A stretch of 63,192 bases of DNA, the filler included, from Chiloscyllium plagiosum (lineage: Eukaryota), in assembly GCF_004010195.1 (NCBI RefSeq). It is 4 parts of one record of this genome, joined end to end, with 100 filler letters (N's around TTAATTAATTAA, not from the genome) between each part and the next. Parts side by side here need not be neighbours in the genome. Positions count along the whole stretch, not along the records: positions 56,002 to 63,192 come from NC_057712.1; 3 more parts are not named here. The stretch is one strand, 5' to 3'. Within the stretch, counting starts at the first letter, position 1; every line of letters begins with the position of its first letter. Positions 60,592-63,192 of this stretch are shown here, in pieces. Below the pieces are notes generated by a model. That model saw only the letters and a program-made list of their open reading frames with translations, did no database searches and had not been told where the DNA came from. Position numbers and translations under genes: made by a program.

Positions 60592-63192
60592 ATCATCACA
60601 CAGACCAATCATCGCACAGACCAACCATCGCACAGACCAACAATTGCACAGATGCAACCATCACACAGACCAAACATCGTACAGACCCAACCATTGCACA
60701 GACCAACCATCATACAGACCAACCATCGCACAGACCAACCATCGCACAGACCAACCATCGCACAGACCAANTCACACAGACCAACCTTCGCACAGACTGA
60801 CCACCACACAAACCATCCATCGCACAGATGAATCATCGCACAGACCAACCATCGCACAGACCAACCACTGCACAGACCCAACCATCACACAGATCTTCCA
60901 TCACACAGACCAACCATTGTACAGACCAAACGTCACAAAGACCAACCATTGCACAGACCAACCATTGCACAAACCAATCATCACAGACTAACCATCGCAC
61001 AGACCAACCATTGCACAGGCCCAACCATCACACAGACCTTCCATCGCACAGACCAACCAAGGCCCAACCATCACACAGACCTTCCATCGCACAGACCAAC
61101 CATTGTACAGACCAACCATTGTACAGACCAACCGTTGCACAGACCAACCGTCGCACAGACCAAATGTCACACAGACCAACCATTACACAGACAAACCATT
61201 GCACAGACAAATCATCACACAGACCCAATCATCACAAAGACCATCTTTATTGCACAGACCAACCATCGTGCAGACCCAACCATCGCACAGACCAACCATC
61301 GCACAGGCCAACCATCGCACAGACCAACCATTGCACAGACCCAATCATCACACAGACCCAATCATCACACAGTTGAAAATGTGTTGCTGGAAAAGCGCAG
61401 CAGGTCAGGCAGCATCCAAGGAGCAGGAGAATCGATGATTTGGGCATGAACCCTTCTTCAGGAACCAACCGTCGCACAGACCAACCGTCGCACAGACCAA
61501 CCATTGCACAGACCAACTATCACAGAGACCAACCATTGTACAGACCAACCATTGTACAGACCAACCATTGCACAGACCAACCATTGCACAGATCAACCAT
61601 CGTACAGACCCAATCATCGCACAGACCAACCATTCCTGAAGAAGGGCTCATGCCCGAAACATCGATTCTCCTGCTCCTTGGATGCTGCCTGACCTGCTGC
61701 GCTTTTTCAGCAACACATTTTCAGCTCTGATCTTCAGCATCTGCAATCCTGACTTTCTCCTACAATCATCACACAGACCAACCATCACACAGACCAACCA
61801 TCACACAGACCAACCATTACACAGACCAACCATTGCACAGACCAATCATCACACAGACCCAATCATCACAAAGACCATCTTCATTGCACAGACCAACCAT
61901 CATGCAGACCCAACCATCACACAGACAAACTATTGCATAGTCCAACCATTGTACTGGCCAACGATCACACAGACCATCCACCACACAGATCCAACCATCA
62001 CACAGACCATCCACCACACAGATCCAACCATCACACAGACCAACCATCAAAGAGAACAACCATTGCACCCACCAACCATTGCACAGACCAACCATCACAC
62101 AGTCCAACCATCACACAGACCAAACATCGCACAGACCAACCATCACACAGACCAAACATCGCACAGACCAACCATCACACAGTCCAACCATCACACAGAC
62201 CAACCATCACACAAGCCGTCCATTGCACAGACCAACCATCAAAATGACCATCCATCACACAAATCAAGCATTGCACACATCCAGCCATCTCACAGATCAA
62301 CCATCACCCAGATCAATCATCGCACAAACCAACCATCACACAGACCAACCATTGCACAGGCCAACCATCACACAGACCAACCATTGTACAGACCAACTAT
62401 CACAGAGACCAACCATTGTACAGACCAACTATTGCACAGATCAACCATCGTACAGATCAAAGCATCGCACAGACCAACCTCACACAGACCAACCATTGCA
62501 CAGATCAACCATCACACAGACCATCCACCACGCAGACGCAACCATCACACAGGACCAATCATTGTACAGACCCAACCATCACACAGACCAACCATCCAAC
62601 AAACCAATCATCCCACAAACCAACCATCACACAGACCAACCTTCGCACGGACTGACCATCACACAGACCATCCATTGCACAGAGCAACCATCATATAGAC
62701 AAACCATCGTACAGCCCAACCATTGTACAAGCCATCATGCAGACCAACCATCGTACAGTCCAACCATGGATCAAAGCATCACACAGACCAACCGTTGTAC
62801 AGACCAACTATCGTGCAGATGAACCATCGCACAGAACAACCATCGCAGAGACCAGCCACTGCACAGACTAACCGTCACACAGACCAACCATCGTATAGAT
62901 CAACCATTGCACAGGCCAACCATCATATGACCAACCGTTGTACAAACCAACCGTTGTAAAGACCAACCTTTGTACAGACCAACAGTAACACAGACTATTC
63001 ATTGCACAGACCAACCATCAAATAGACCAACCATTGCACAGACCAAGCATCGCACAGACCAAGCATTGTGCAGACCAACCATTGTCCAGACTAACCATTA
63101 CACAATCCAACCATTGCACAGACTAACGATCACACAGATAAACCATTGCACAGACCAATCATCACACAGACAAACCATCACACAGACCAACC
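60592..63192. repeat. 16-bp satellite (CAGACCAACCATCRCA)n with 17-bp variants
   Basis: Continuous array to the window end; ORFs show 16-aa (3x16 nt) periodicity. Confidence 0.97.
61371..61761. mobile_element. Two PLE family A terminal repeats (61371-61463 -, 61632-61761 +) inside the satellite
   Basis: Both begin at ttcCTGAAGAaggg..cccGAAAC or cccAAA and point away from each other. Confidence 0.85.

Noticed and set aside
60592..63192. His/Thr/Gln-rich ORFs up to 338 aa; CRISPR-like periodicity
   Set aside because: A stop-poor 16-bp satellite with no unique spacers and no cas genes, in a eukaryotic context.

Overview
Repeat-dense vertebrate genomic DNA, almost certainly from a shark, inferred from HE1-type V-SINEs with matching CR1 LINE tails and SacSINE/Deu-like SINEs. 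I recognise no host protein-coding gene, so the window is intergenic or a large intron. Nearly all long ORFs are transposon fragments, tandem-repeat read-throughs or N-gap artefacts. Retroelements include many CR1 LINE pieces (one keeping its 5'UTR, zinc-finger/esterase ORF1 and endonuclease), Rex1/Babar pieces, an old RTE LINE, two Penelope-like element (PLE) coding remnants, several tRNA-SINE families and a probable solo LTR. There is also a Tigger-like MITE, 16-, 21- and 68-bp tandem arrays, and five assembly gaps. The most interesting signal is a swarm of more than 15 tiny PLE-terminal-repeat insertions from three families. Many carry minimal hammerhead-ribozyme cores (CUGANGA-helix II-GAAA plus a palindromic helix III), and several are inverted hairpin pairs with target-site duplications. 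In one copy the target site completes ribozyme helix I. A CRE/RFX/NF-Y motif cluster near 54.15 kb suggests a promoter, with weak candidate minus-strand exons downstream. Repeat boundaries were read by eye and are approximate.
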